Source: an uncultured Actinomycetes bacterium
Lineage (GTDB): Bacteria; Actinomycetota; UBA4738; HRBIN12
Direction: 5' to 3'
Assembly: GCA_963799625.1 (NCBI GenBank)
Contig: CAWCXU010000013.1
Span: forward strand, 36,939 to 100,938
DNA length: 64,000 bases
In this document: positions 42,407 through 52,493 of the stretch, piece by piece
How positions within the stretch are numbered: position 1 is the first letter of the stretch
Layout of the letters: each line of letters begins with the position of its first letter
The notes under the pieces: generated by a model
The model's database searches: none
The model's input: only the letters and a program-made list of their open reading frames with translations
What the model was told of the DNA's origin: nothing
Program-made: the position numbers and the translations under genes

Positions 42407-42519
42407 CAAACGCCATGGGCTCGCCTGGTACGACGAGCCCATGGTTGTTGGGAAGACACGCGGGCCACGTTGGAAACCCACGAACCCCCCCTGGAGAGGA
42501 GAAGGGGGAACATCTTCCC
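42407..42519 (-). ncRNA. Candidate structured RNA: three-way junction plus terminator-like hairpin
   Basis: P1 9 bp, P2 7 bp (CUCCUCUCC loop), P3 8 bp, then a 13-bp hairpin and CGUUU; at least 7 G-U pairs that form only on the minus strand. Confidence 0.5.
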
Positions 42520-42598
42520 GCAGGTCATGATTGGGCATCCGCCGACCAGAAACAGTCCGCCGTTCAGGGCTCCCCCAACGGACTTACTGCCGGCCCAC

Positions 42599-43126
42599 CT
42601 ACATCGCGTCGTGTCGGCTCTTGAGACCCGTGACGAGCATCTCGCAGACGTTGCTGGAGATGCCCGAGCGGATCTGCGAGCGAGGGACGAACGTGAGGGT
42701 CTTCGGGTCGAAGTCGCCGACGGAGGTCACTCGTCCGGTGAACCACACGAGCTTCGAGCCCTCGGGATCATCGCGCGGGACGACGGCGAGACCCGATCCC
42801 TTCTGGACCATCGTCCACGTGCCGTCGCTGTTGGCGGTGACCTCGGTGGAGCCGATCGTTCCGAAGGTGAGCTCACCGTGCGAGCTCGACAGGACCGTGT
42901 CGTAGGACCCTTGGAACTGCACCTGCACGACCTGGCCGTGGTCGTCGAGGGTCAGGAAGCCTGGGTGACCGTCGCGTTCCTGCGCCAAGATCGTGAACGG
43001 GCAGACACCGTCCAGCTGATAGCTGCGGGCGGGGCCGACGAACGGCACCCGCGTGGTCGCCTGCGCGGGCGCGGCGAACGCCGGCAGCGCGAGACCGGCC
43101 AACAACACGACTACTGAACGACGCAC
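42599..43126 (-). CDS. Secreted hypothetical protein
   Basis: Signal peptide (..PAFAAPAQA), beta-rich, two Cys; GGAGG RBS. Confidence 0.7.
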   Translation of the reverse strand: MRRSVVVLLAGLALPAFAAPAQATTRVPFVGPARSYQLDGVCPFTILAQERDGHPGFLTLDDHGQVVQVQFQGSYDTVLSSSHGELTFGTIGSTEVTANSDGTWTMVQKGSGLAVVPRDDPEGSKLVWFTGRVTSVGDFDPKTLTFVPRSQIRSGISSNVCEMLVTGLKSRHDAM

Positions 43127-43243
43127 GGAACCCTCCTATGGATCTGCGCGAGGCCACGGGGGCGGCCGGGTAGCGCGAGCAGGCATGTTCCCATGAAGAG
43201 CGCCCGGCGTCGACGGCCAAAGGTCGCCACCGCGCTCCTAGGC

Positions 43244-43726
43244 TCAGCCCTGACCGAGAGCGCCTCGGATCTGATCGAGCATCGCTTGCTCACCGGCGCT
43301 GACCCGTTCGGCGCCGAAGCCCATGAACCCGCCTTCCTTCGCCGCGTCCGCGGCCGCCTGGGCGGTCACGATGAGCCAGTTCCGGAACGCTTCGGTCTCC
43401 TCCGGCGTCGCCTTGGCGGCGACGATCCCGTCGACCGCCCGCAGCTCATCGAGGATCTCCGCTGCGGCGGTGGGCGCGCTCGTCGGCTTGAAGTCCTTCG
43501 CCGGATTGTGCTTCTGCTGCATCAACGTCTGGATGTCCAGCGCGACCGCGGCGAGGAGCTCCTCCTGACTCGGCGGAACGGTGGCGGAACGGATCGTCGC
43601 CATCCCTTCCTTGGAGATCTCGATCGGACCTCCCGGATCGGCGATCGTGAGCGCCATCCCCACCACGAACGGCGCCCGACGGACGCGCTCCCACTCCTCG
43701 TCGCTGAAGGCTGCCTTCCCCGTCAT
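43244..43726 (-). CDS. Conserved hypothetical helical protein
   Basis: MTGKAAFSDEEW...AAKEGGFMGFGAERVS; GGGGAG RBS. Confidence 0.78.
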   Translation of the reverse strand: MTGKAAFSDEEWERVRRAPFVVGMALTIADPGGPIEISKEGMATIRSATVPPSQEELLAAVALDIQTLMQQKHNPAKDFKPTSAPTAAAEILDELRAVDGIVAAKATPEETEAFRNWLIVTAQAAADAAKEGGFMGFGAERVSAGEQAMLDQIRGALGQG

Positions 43727-43856
43727 GGACTCCCCCTGTGCGTCCGGAACAGCCAGCCTATCCACGCGCGGCGAGTCGGCGACTGGAACGCGCTCGCCTC
43801 GCCGACGTTCGAGTGGCTGTGCTAGTAAGGGAAGGCACCGACGACGAGGGGGACGG

Positions 43857-45254
43857 GTGGGGGAAGGTCAAGGCGTCGCACGTCCCTCCGCCGCGCTGCG
43901 GAAGATCTTGGTGCCGCTCGCTCTCGCGCAGTTCATCTGCAGCTTCGCGGGCTCCAACATGAACGTCATGATCACCGACATCAGCACGGACCTCCACACG
44001 ACCGTGCAGGGTGTCCAGATCGCGATCACCCTCTTCCTGTTGGTGATGGCCGCGCTCATGATCCCCGGTGGCAAGCTCACCGACCGCTGGGGCCGCAAGC
44101 GCTGCTTCACGATCGGCCTGCTCATCTACGGGATCGGCGCGTTGATGAGCGCGGTCTCCCCCGGCCTCGGCGTCCTGATCCTCGGCAACTCGATCTTCGA
44201 AGGGGTCGGCACCGCGTTACTGATCCCGCCCGTCTACATCCTCACCACTCTGCTGTTCAAGGACATCACGTCGCGCGCTCGGGCCTTCGGGATCATCACC
44301 GGGATGGGCGGTGTCGGCGCCGCCGCGGGCCCGCTGATCGGCGGGCTCATCACCACCGCCATCAGTTGGCGAGCGGCGTTCGTCTTCCAGGCGTTGATCG
44401 TCGCGGTCATCCTCTGGCTGAGCCGCGGCATCGTCGATCCCATCGAGCCCGACCCGGACCGGCCCTTCGACACGCTCGGCGCGATCCTGTCGGGCGCCGG
44501 CCTCATCCTCGTCGTGATGGGGGTCCTCGCCGCCGACAACAACCTCGCGCTCATGGCGGTTCTCGTGGCGGTCGGTGCCGTCGTCCTCGCCGCGTTCTTC
44601 CTCCACATCCGCGCCCGCGAACGCCGGCACCAGGAGCCCTTGCTGTCGACCGGACTGTTCCACAACCGCACCTCGAACTTCGGGCTGGTCACTCAGAACG
44701 CGCAATGGCTCATGCTCATGGGAACCGCGTTCGTCGTGTCCGCGTATCTGCAGGTCGTGCGGGGTTACAACGCGATCCAGACGGGCGTGATCTTCACCGC
44801 AGCGACCGGGGGCATCTTGCTGTCGTCGCTCGCGGCCGAGCGGCTCGCCAAGAAGTACGCACAGCGGACCCTCATCATGGCGGGCTTCGTCACCACGATC
44901 GTCGGGGTCGTCGTGTTGCTCACGCTCGCGAACGGGTCACCGAGTCCTTGGGCGTTCGCGCCCGGACTCTTGCTCATCGGCCTCGGCGTCGGTGTGATGC
45001 TGACCCCGTCCGTGAACGTCGTCCAGTCAGCGTTCCCCGAACAACAGCAGGGCGAGATCTCCGGCTTGTCGCGTTGCATCTCGAACCTGGGCTCGTCGCT
45101 CGGCACCGCGATCGCCGGGACGATCCTCGTCTCGGGCCTCACGAGCCGGGCCTACGGCGCCTCGATGATCGTGCTCGCCGTCATCGGGATCGCGGGCCTG
45201 GGAGCGGCTTCCTTCCTGCCCGGCCGTCGGGCCAAGCAGTCGGTCGCCGTCTGA
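43857..45254 (+). CDS. MFS transporter (DHA2-like)
   Basis: GGKLTDRWGRKR motif A; about 13-14 TMs. Confidence 0.9.
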   Translation: MGEGQGVARPSAALRKILVPLALAQFICSFAGSNMNVMITDISTDLHTTVQGVQIAITLFLLVMAALMIPGGKLTDRWGRKRCFTIGLLIYGIGALMSAVSPGLGVLILGNSIFEGVGTALLIPPVYILTTLLFKDITSRARAFGIITGMGGVGAAAGPLIGGLITTAISWRAAFVFQALIVAVILWLSRGIVDPIEPDPDRPFDTLGAILSGAGLILVVMGVLAADNNLALMAVLVAVGAVVLAAFFLHIRARERRHQEPLLSTGLFHNRTSNFGLVTQNAQWLMLMGTAFVVSAYLQVVRGYNAIQTGVIFTAATGGILLSSLAAERLAKKYAQRTLIMAGFVTTIVGVVVLLTLANGSPSPWAFAPGLLLIGLGVGVMLTPSVNVVQSAFPEQQQGEISGLSRCISNLGSSLGTAIAGTILVSGLTSRAYGASMIVLAVIGIAGLGAASFLPGRRAKQSVAV

Positions 45255-45335
45255 CGGAGCGGGTCCATTCCACGTGTGTGCGGCATCTTCTGCCCAGCGC
45301 TTGAACGCCGGTTGAGGCGCCGCGCGGTCGCGTTA

Positions 45336-46127
45336 TCACTCAGCGAACATCGTGCTGGTGAGCTCGACCGCCATGGCGCCGCCGTCGGCGACCAGCGTCG
45401 CACCGTTGACGATCGAGGACTCGTCCGACGCGAGGAACAGACAGCAGTTCGCCATCTCTTCGGCGGTCCCCGGCCGCCGCACGGGTACGTTCGCCGTCGC
45501 GAGGTCGTAGGCCTCGTCGCGTCCGATGCCGTGGGTGGCGCCCATCCCGTCCATCGACGCGTCGGCCATCGGGGTGATCACCCACCCCGGACAGAGCGCG
45601 TTCGCGCGGATCCCCTGCGGGCCGTGATCGACGGCGATCCCCCGGGCCAGGGCGTTCAGCCCGGCCTTGGAGGAGTCGTAGGCGACCGAACCCGGTGACG
45701 CCGACAGGGCGTTCGTGCTGGACACCAACACCACGGAGCCACCCCCGCGCTCGAGCATCGCGGGCAGCGCAGCCCGCGTCATCACCATCGGGCCCGTGAG
45801 GTTCGCGTCGAGGGTCCGTCGCCAGTTCCCGTCGTCCATGTCGCCCACCGAGCCCGCCGCGCCGCCGATCCCGGCACACGCCACGAGGATGTCGAGGCCG
45901 CCGAACGCCGCGACCGCGGCGGCGACGGCCTCGGCGGCATGGGTCGGATCGCTCGTGTCACCGGCCACGGCCACGCCGTCAACCTCCGCGGCGACCGCCT
46001 CGATCGGTTCGGGTCGGCGACCCGTGACGACCACCTTCGCTCCCTCGCTGGTGAACAAGCGCGCGGTCGCCGCTCCGATCCCCGTCCCGCCGCCGGTGAT
46101 CAGCGCCACCTTGTTCTCGAGCCGCAT
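45336..46127 (-). CDS. SDR oxidoreductase
   Basis: TGGGTGIG, YDSSK, NALCPG. Confidence 0.93.
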   Translation of the reverse strand: MRLENKVALITGGGTGIGAATARLFTSEGAKVVVTGRRPEPIEAVAAEVDGVAVAGDTSDPTHAAEAVAAAVAAFGGLDILVACAGIGGAAGSVGDMDDGNWRRTLDANLTGPMVMTRAALPAMLERGGGSVVLVSSTNALSASPGSVAYDSSKAGLNALARGIAVDHGPQGIRANALCPGWVITPMADASMDGMGATHGIGRDEAYDLATANVPVRRPGTAEEMANCCLFLASDESSIVNGATLVADGGAMAVELTSTMFAE

Positions 46128-46197
46128 CTTGATCGTCTCCCTCTCGTCGCGTGATGCCGGTGTGTGCAGGCATCATGCAGGGCGTCGGACGATCACG

Positions 46198-46698
46198 TCA
46201 TCTGGGCTGGGGCTCGTCCTTACGCAACAGTTGGACGACGATCAGGTAGGTGCTCACGAGCAGCGCCGGCACGTAGAGGGTGACGATCACCCAGTTCACA
46301 CCGAGCGGATCGTCGAACACGCTGAACCGCATCGACTGGATGATCGCGTTCACCGTATCGAGCGTCGCGACCGCAACGAACACCCACACGAACGCGATCG
46401 CATGACTCCATCGGGCTCGAAGCGCGATCAGCGCGCCGAGCGCGAGCAGGGCAACCACCATGTCGCCGTACCCCACCATCTCGCGGAACTCGGCCGGCAC
46501 GCCGGGACCGACGGAGCCGGGAGCGAGGATCGATCCCCCGGCGATGCGGAAGACATGCACCCAGATCAGTGGCACGAGCGCTGCTGCGACCGGGAGCGGC
46601 CTGAGGCGAGGCACCAGGTACCACCGCGCCGCGAGCGCGTACGCGACCAGCGCGAACGTGAACTGGATGCTGAACAGGACGAGTGGATCGATGCTCAT
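46198..46698 (-). CDS. Membrane protein
   Basis: 5 TMs; HVFR, GYGD motifs; overlaps the SnoaL gene stop. Confidence 0.75.
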   Translation of the reverse strand: MSIDPLVLFSIQFTFALVAYALAARWYLVPRLRPLPVAAALVPLIWVHVFRIAGGSILAPGSVGPGVPAEFREMVGYGDMVVALLALGALIALRARWSHAIAFVWVFVAVATLDTVNAIIQSMRFSVFDDPLGVNWVIVTLYVPALLVSTYLIVVQLLRKDEPQPR

Positions 46699-47133
46699 CG
46701 CTGCGCTGCAGGCGGCGACACGCCTAGCTGCCCCAGCAGCGACCCCATGTCGAAGACACCCCAGTGCTCCGAGATCATGCCGTCATCGGTGAACCGGCAC
46801 ACGTCCGACGCATATACCGCGAACGCCTTGCCGGTCGGTGGGATCCCCATGAACGGACCGCGGTGGGTCCCGCTCATCAGGTTGTGCGCGGCGACCAAGT
46901 CCCCCTCGGCCACCATGTGCTCGTTGTGGAACGAGAGGTCGGGGAACGCCTCGATGAACATCGAGAACAAGCGCTTGAACCCGTCGCGACCCTCGGTGAA
47001 CTCCGGCGGCAGGTTGGGATCGTGATCCGGCCGGTCCGGAGTGATCGAGCTCGTCGGCCGCATCGACATGGTGTTCGTTCATCACCTCGTCGTACAGCCG
47101 CTGGAGGTTCCGCTTGTTGCGACCGGCGTCCAT
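46695..47133 (-). CDS. SnoaL-like ester cyclase, frameshift at ~47048
   Basis: NKRNLQRLYDEV; AFPDL, AEGDLV, GTHRGPFMGIPPTGK, EHWGVFD. Confidence 0.85.
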
Positions 47134-47155
47134 GCGTGCTCCTTTCCGATGCGCG

Positions 47156-47605
47156 TCAGGTGCTCATGGCCCACGGGTCGGGTTCGCGGATGCCGCCTTC
47201 GGCGGCGACGACCAAGCGCGGAAGGTAGTGGTCCCACCCTTCCGTGCTGCCTGCGCGGATCCCGTCCGGGACACCGCTGTGGACGAGCCGAACCCGGGTC
47301 CCGTCGCCGTCGGGCTCCAACGTCACCTCGACGGTCGTCGATCCGGGCGGAACGGCTGACCCCTCCGACTCCCATCCGAACGTGAACACGACCCGGCGCG
47401 GCGGATCGATCTCGACGTACTCGCCGCGGGCGACATCGTGGCCGGTCACGTCGATCTGGAAGATGCCGCCCGGTCGCGCGTCGAGGGTCGCGGCCACCGC
47501 CTTCCACGCGATCATCTTCTCCGGCTCGGTGAAGTACGGGAACACCACCTCGGGCGGAGCGGCGATCACGACCTCGCGCACGATGTCGGGAGGTGCGGTC
47601 GTCAT
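47156..47605 (-). CDS. SRPBCC/AHSA1 domain protein
   Basis: APPEVVF, PPRRVVFTFGW, TRVRLVH, GWDHYL. Confidence 0.9.
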   Translation of the reverse strand: MTTAPPDIVREVVIAAPPEVVFPYFTEPEKMIAWKAVAATLDARPGGIFQIDVTGHDVARGEYVEIDPPRRVVFTFGWESEGSAVPPGSTTVEVTLEPDGDGTRVRLVHSGVPDGIRAGSTEGWDHYLPRLVVAAEGGIREPDPWAMST

Positions 47606-47913
47606 GCGGTTTCCGTTCCCGAGCTCGACTCGACCGCCTGTTTGACCGAAAGCAGACCCTCGTCCCAGAAGCTGTCCAGGAACCGCCGGAGTTCGAGCAT
47701 CGAGTCCGCGCGCGCGCGGTAGAGGCGTTGCGTGCCCTTCCTCCGCTCCTCCACGAGGCCGGCCTCGCGAAGGACCCGCAGGTGCTTGGAGATCGCCGGT
47801 CTGCTCACCTGGAAGTGCTGCGCGATCTCGCCCGCCGCGCGCTCCTGGCTCCACACGAGACGAAGGATCTCCTGTCGCCTCGGTTCTGCGATTGCCTTGA
47901 GCGCGGGTTCCAC
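47602..47913 (-). CDS. ArsR/SmtB-family regulator
   Basis: AIAEPRRQEIL, SRPAISKHLRVLREAGLV; ATGA overlap with SRPBCC. Confidence 0.92.
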   Translation of the reverse strand: MEPALKAIAEPRRQEILRLVWSQERAAGEIAQHFQVSRPAISKHLRVLREAGLVEERRKGTQRLYRARADSMLELRRFLDSFWDEGLLSVKQAVESSSGTETA

Positions 47914-47921
47914 GAAGCCAC

Positions 47922-47939
47922 CGTAACCGGCGGGTTACG
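47922..47939. promoter_or_regulatory. Palindromic operator, probable ArsR autoregulation
   Basis: CGTAACC-N4-GGTTACG between minus-strand TTGACG and TACGGT, leaderless GTG. Confidence 0.65.
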
Positions 47940-47989
47940 TATCCGTCAAGTTACAGGTTGGCTCTGACCTGGGGCGCTCCCGGTCCCGC

Positions 47990-48469
47990 TTACGCCCTCG
48001 AAGCCTTCCAGGTGCCGCCCGGCACGCCCGACGCGGAGTAGGTACCGGACATCTGATCGCCGTTGACCTTGCCCGTGTAGTCGACCTGGCACTGGCCCTG
48101 CACGGACCCGAAGTCGATCGAATCACCGGTGACCTTGCCGGTGACCTTGGCGCCGTCCAGACAGGACACGGAGATCGACAGCTTGCCATCTAGGGAGGAG
48201 CCGCTCTGGTTGAACGTGACCGAGAACGTGCCCGAGCCTGCGTTCGAGTTGGCCGTCCAGGTGCCGTTCCACTTGCCGTCGAGGGCAGCGGTGGAGCCGC
48301 CGCCATCCGATGTCGGGCTCGACACGGGTGAACCCGTGCTTTCAAAGCCCGTCGAGGTGGGGGCGGTGGAACTGGTGGAGGTGCTGCTGGAGCTGCTCGT
48401 GCAGGCTGCCAGGACCACGCCACACACGAGGAAGGCCACGCACATCCGTAGGGCGGCCGAGCGGTTCAT
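47990..48469 (-). CDS. Lipoprotein with Ser/Thr linker and small beta domain
   Basis: LAAC lipobox; GKWNGTW..GTWKA. Confidence 0.75.
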   Translation of the reverse strand: MNRSAALRMCVAFLVCGVVLAACTSSSSSTSTSSTAPTSTGFESTGSPVSSPTSDGGGSTAALDGKWNGTWTANSNAGSGTFSVTFNQSGSSLDGKLSISVSCLDGAKVTGKVTGDSIDFGSVQGQCQVDYTGKVNGDQMSGTYSASGVPGGTWKASRA

Positions 48470-48546
48470 CCCATCCCCTTTCCCACGCTTGTGGACCGAT
48501 GCTCACCCGACCCCGCCGTTTTGACAAGGGTGGCGGTCGAGGAGGA

Positions 48547-49138
48547 TCAGTCGGTGTCGATCGTGAGCGCACGGAACATGACCGCGACCGTGACCTCATG
48601 TTCCGGGCGGCGCGACACGACGATCTCATCGCCAGCGGAGACGGTTCCGGGCGCGATCACCTTGAGATAGGCGCCGGGGATCGCGGCCGCCGTGAAGGTC
48701 TTGAGCCAGCCGGGGATGCCCATCCAGCCGCGAAACGTCGAGCACGGGACGCGCGGGGAGGTCACCTCGAGCACCACCTCACGACCGATCGTCCATCGTT
48801 CCCCGATCAGAGCCCCGTTCACATCGATCCCCACGGTCGTGAGGTTCTCCCCGAACGAGCCGGACGTGAGCGCGCGGTCCAGCTCCCCCTCCCAGTGGTC
48901 GAGGTCCTCTCGCGCGTACGCGTAGACGGCCTGATCGTCGCCGCCGTGGCTCTCGCGATCGCCGATCGTGTCCCCCGCCAGTCCGCTACCGGCGCCTCCG
49001 TCCCTCATCCCCGGCGCGCTCACAGCGATCGGGACCCGACGCCGGTCGCTTGTCGATGCCGGTGACGTCAGACGTCTTGTAGGGGTTGGGCTGGACGTGC
49101 GCGATGTTCACGCTGAGGAGCCGGCCACGCGGTTGCAT
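48547..49138 (-). CDS. MOSC domain protein (YiiM-like), frameshift at ~49030
   Basis: LLSVN..TGIDKRP, HGGDDQAVYAY, FGENLT, PRVPC. Confidence 0.85.
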
Positions 49139-49147
49139 GCTCCGACA

Positions 49148-49378
49148 CTACCGCTCTTGTGTTTCGGCCCGAGATCGGCGCACCCAGAGCACGGCGGCGG
49201 CGGCGGCGAGCACGCCCGGGAGGCAATGGACGAGCAGCACCCCGACCATGCTCGGCCCTCCCCAGTCGTGCCGATAGCTCGACGGCTCCGAGTAGTGGAA
49301 CGTGATCAGCTCCACGACCGCGCGCACGACGAGGAAGACGGCGAGGATCAACCCGATGACGAGCGCGACCCGCCGCAT
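49148..49378 (-). CDS. Small 2-TM membrane protein
   Basis: RAVVE..SYRHDWGGPS..VHCLPG. Confidence 0.7.
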   Translation of the reverse strand: MRRVALVIGLILAVFLVVRAVVELITFHYSEPSSYRHDWGGPSMVGVLLVHCLPGVLAAAAAVLWVRRSRAETQER

Positions 49379-50134
49379 CTACGCCAGCCCACGGGCGGCC
49401 CACGCTCGAGCCGTCAAGACGAACGGCGCGAGCGGGAGCACCTCGCGGCAATGCTCGCGAAGCGCGGCCCGCTCTTGCTGTGTGAGACGGGCGACGTACG
49501 CGCCCGCCGGCCCGACACCAAGGGTGTACGGCTCCCACCAGTCATCGAAACTCGAGTGCTCGACGTCGATGGAAAGCGTCGCGCTCTCGACCCGGCGCAA
49601 CCCGGCCGCGGTGAGCAACTCCGGGAGATCGCCTTCACGGACGCCTGCGAGCCCCGACTCATCCTCTATGTGGTTGTCGAGATCCTTCGCAGCTGCCCAG
49701 AACGCCGAAAGCGGACCGCCGCCGGTGGCGTGATCCCACACGGATGCCGCGACGACGCCGTCGGGACGCGTGACGCGCGCCATCTCGGTCAAGCCGGCGA
49801 CTGGATCGGACATGAACAGCACGACGAGTTGGGCCAGAACGGCATCGAACGAGTCGTCCGGGAACGGCAGCTCTTCGGCGGGGGCCTGCTGCGCGTCGAC
49901 CCCGGGATACCGCTCCCGGACCGACGCGACGAACGGCGGCGACGGATCGACCGCCGCCACGGAGGCGCCGCCCAACCTGCCGACGAGCTCGCCGGTGAGC
50001 GCACCGGTGCCGCAACCGACGTCGAGCGCCCGCTGCCCGGCCGACACACCCGCCAGATCCGCGAGCTGCGGGGCGAGCGGGACCGCGTACCGCCCCATGA
50101 ACGAGTCGTAGGCGGACGCGTCGTCGAACGCCAT
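49379..50134 (-). CDS. Class I SAM-dependent methyltransferase
   Basis: LDVGCGTG, AEELPFPDDSFD. Confidence 0.92.
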   Translation of the reverse strand: MAFDDASAYDSFMGRYAVPLAPQLADLAGVSAGQRALDVGCGTGALTGELVGRLGGASVAAVDPSPPFVASVRERYPGVDAQQAPAEELPFPDDSFDAVLAQLVVLFMSDPVAGLTEMARVTRPDGVVAASVWDHATGGGPLSAFWAAAKDLDNHIEDESGLAGVREGDLPELLTAAGLRRVESATLSIDVEHSSFDDWWEPYTLGVGPAGAYVARLTQQERAALREHCREVLPLAPFVLTARAWAARGLA

Positions 50135-50157
50135 CGTCACCTCCCGGGTTCGGTGCC

Positions 50158-50718
50158 CTACAGCTCGATCTCGGCCGCGACCTCCTGCAGGCCCTCGATC
50201 GAGACGGTGATGAACTCGTCCAGGGGAAGCCCGATGTTCGCCTCCACGTCGTTCACCTCGTCGCGGTTCACGCCCGGCGCGAACGAACGCTCCTTGAGCT
50301 TCTTCTTCACGCTCGAGACCTTCATGCCGGTCGCGCGTTCGGGGCGGACGAGCGCGGCCGCTACCAGGAGACCGGCGACCGCGTCGGCGTTCACCACCGC
50401 TCTCGACATCAGGTCGGTGCGGTACTCCTCGTAGGCGTGCGCCAGCACGCCGTTGACGATGCGTTCGTCGACGTTCGCCTCGCGGAGCCACTCGGCGGCG
50501 AGCCGGGCGTGCTGCGCACCTTCGTCACCGGTGTGGTCCTGATCGAGGTCGTGGAACAGACCCGTGAGACCCCAGAGTTCCTGATCCTCGTCGAAGCGGC
50601 GCGCGAGCGAGCGCATCACGCCTTCGACCGAGATCAGGTGCCGGTAGGTCGTCTCCTTCAGGCATCGTTCGTGCGCGAACGCGTGCGCGGTTACGCGATC
50701 CATGGCCCCATCGGTCAT
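50158..50718 (-). CDS. HD-domain protein
   Basis: RHL..LFHDLD..H..LAH..AD; SVKKKLKERSFA. Confidence 0.88.
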   Translation of the reverse strand: MTDGAMDRVTAHAFAHERCLKETTYRHLISVEGVMRSLARRFDEDQELWGLTGLFHDLDQDHTGDEGAQHARLAAEWLREANVDERIVNGVLAHAYEEYRTDLMSRAVVNADAVAGLLVAAALVRPERATGMKVSSVKKKLKERSFAPGVNRDEVNDVEANIGLPLDEFITVSIEGLQEVAAEIEL

Positions 50719-50725
50719 ACGTGCC

Positions 50726-51382
50726 CTAGCCCTCGTTCTCCGGGAGCCCGAACGACGCCTCATCGACGGGGATCGGAGCCCTGCCGCCCGACAAGAGCTG
50801 ATGGCTCGCCACGACCGACTCAGCGACGTCGACGATCTTCCGGTTGGTCCGGCGCGCATGGTCGCGCAGCATCTGGAACGCGTGCTGCTCATCGATGCCG
50901 TGACGCTCCATCAAGATGCCCTTCGCTCGCTCCGTGATCGCCCGTCGTCCGAACGCACCCTCGAGCGCGTGGTACTCGGCGAAGCGCTCGAGCGCGATGT
51001 CGATCGAGCTCTGCATCTCCTGCAGATCTCCACCGTTGGCGATGTAGGAGAAGATGCCGATACGAGCCGCTTGGTCGATGAAGGCGCGGTCCTGCACGTC
51101 GAGGATGGCGATGACCGGACACGCCGCCTCGCGCACGATCGTACGGATGAGCTCCAGGGACTGGTCCGAGTGCTCACCGACGATGACGAGGGCGACGTCG
51201 GGGAGTTCGGCGGCCGTCACCTGGCCGACGTCGGCGAGATGCGCCTCTCGGGCGACGACCACATGGCCGAGCGACGTGACCGTCGCGGTGACTTCACGGA
51301 ACCGTTCGGGCACGCCGTCGACGACGAGTACGCGGAGCCTGCTCGCTTCCCCGTCCACCGCGTTGAGTCCCTCCCTCGTCAC
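50726..51382 (-). CDS. ANTAR-domain regulator with pseudo-receiver
   Basis: ERAKGILMERHGIDEQHAFQMLRDHARRTNRK; receiver beta3 DVALVIV lacks the phospho-Asp. Confidence 0.88.
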   Translation of the reverse strand: MTREGLNAVDGEASRLRVLVVDGVPERFREVTATVTSLGHVVVAREAHLADVGQVTAAELPDVALVIVGEHSDQSLELIRTIVREAACPVIAILDVQDRAFIDQAARIGIFSYIANGGDLQEMQSSIDIALERFAEYHALEGAFGRRAITERAKGILMERHGIDEQHAFQMLRDHARRTNRKIVDVAESVVASHQLLSGGRAPIPVDEASFGLPENEG

Positions 51383-51525
51383 CTATCCGCGGTTCCGTAG
51401 GAGTGCTACTTTAGCTGCGAGGTTACCCCAGCAAGACGGTCACCTCGATCGAGCCCAAGCTCCCGGTCCGAAGCACCGCGCCGCTCCCGCTGAGGGATGA
51501 AGACGGTCGGACCCGAGGGGGAAGG

Positions 51526-51966
51526 GTGCAGAGCCCAAGCAGCGCAGGGACGGATCGATTCGTCATCCGTGGCGACCGGCGCAACGGGTTCGATCGGATG
51601 GTCCTGGCAGGCGTCCTCGACCGATCGAGCGTGCTCATGCTGGAAAGTGAGCTCAGCGTGATCATGCGCACCCCGGTCGCGCTGATCCTGGACCTCCGCG
51701 GCCTCAGGTCGATCGATCGCTGGGGTGTCCACGCGCTCGACGGGGCGACGCACCACGCGGATCGGTGTGGATCGCGGCTCTTCATCGTCAGTCAAGGATT
51801 GGTGCTTCTCGCGTTGCAGGCTGCGGGGATCCGCCACCTCCTCAGTAGCGCGGACATGTCAGACCTCCTCGAGTCCGACGGCGGTGCCTGGACCCCCGTC
51901 TCGCTGCCCCCCCTCCCCGAGCAGCGGATCGGCGAACCGTTTCGGGTTGCGGGGGACGCCCCATGA
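51526..51966 (+). CDS. STAS/anti-sigma antagonist-like protein
   Basis: LAGVLD, LILDLRGLRSIDRWGVHAL; GAGGGGG RBS. Confidence 0.75.
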   Translation: MQSPSSAGTDRFVIRGDRRNGFDRMVLAGVLDRSSVLMLESELSVIMRTPVALILDLRGLRSIDRWGVHALDGATHHADRCGSRLFIVSQGLVLLALQAAGIRHLLSSADMSDLLESDGGAWTPVSLPPLPEQRIGEPFRVAGDAP

Positions 51967-52298
51967 GCGACTGGCGGGAGCAAGAGGTCATCAACGAGAC
52001 CAGCGCTCGCGACATCAACGAGTGGATCGACGGATCCAACGAGAGCCTAAGTGCGGACGCAGACAGCCCGTTCGTGTGTGAGTGCAGCGACGGAGCGTGC
52101 AAGGCGACGATCTCCCTCACACACATGGAGTACGAGGAGGTCCGAGCGCACGGCACCTACTTCGCGATCGCGCTCGACCACGAGAGCCCGGATCTCGACA
52201 TGATGGTCTCCGAGCGCATCGGGTTCGCGATCGTCCGCAAGCTCCCGGGGATGCCCGCCAGGGTCGCGTCCGCCGCCGACCCCAGGAGGGTGCGATGA
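51963..52298 (+). CDS. Conserved hypothetical CEC-x3-C metal-binding protein
   Basis: NE..RDINE, FVCECSDGAC, EYEEVR..F...DHE; ATGA overlaps. Confidence 0.75.
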   Translation: MSDWREQEVINETSARDINEWIDGSNESLSADADSPFVCECSDGACKATISLTHMEYEEVRAHGTYFAIALDHESPDLDMMVSERIGFAIVRKLPGMPARVASAADPRRVR

Positions 52299-52492
52299 GA
52301 ACGAGGATGTCCTTCCAGGGCCCGCGGGTGAAGCCGACGCATGCGAAGGCGAGCGTGCTCGGCTTCCAACGCACCGAGCTCACGCCCTACCGGGTCCGGA
52401 TGTGCACCCGATGCGGGCACGAGACGACGTTCGTCCTGGAGGATGCCGGCGGCGGCTGGTACTCCTGCGTCGAGTGCGGCCACCACGCGTGA
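52295..52492 (+). CDS. Small zinc-ribbon protein (65 aa)
   Basis: CTRCG...WYSCVECG; GGAGG RBS. Confidence 0.65.
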   Translation: MRTRMSFQGPRVKPTHAKASVLGFQRTELTPYRVRMCTRCGHETTFVLEDAGGGWYSCVECGHHA

Positions 52493-52493
52493 A

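Noticed and set aside
9783-51402. Shared 12-mer GGTTCCGTAGGA at 9783 and 51391
   Set aside because: Short, in dissimilar contexts (between convergent genes versus upstream of a gene), and could be chance.
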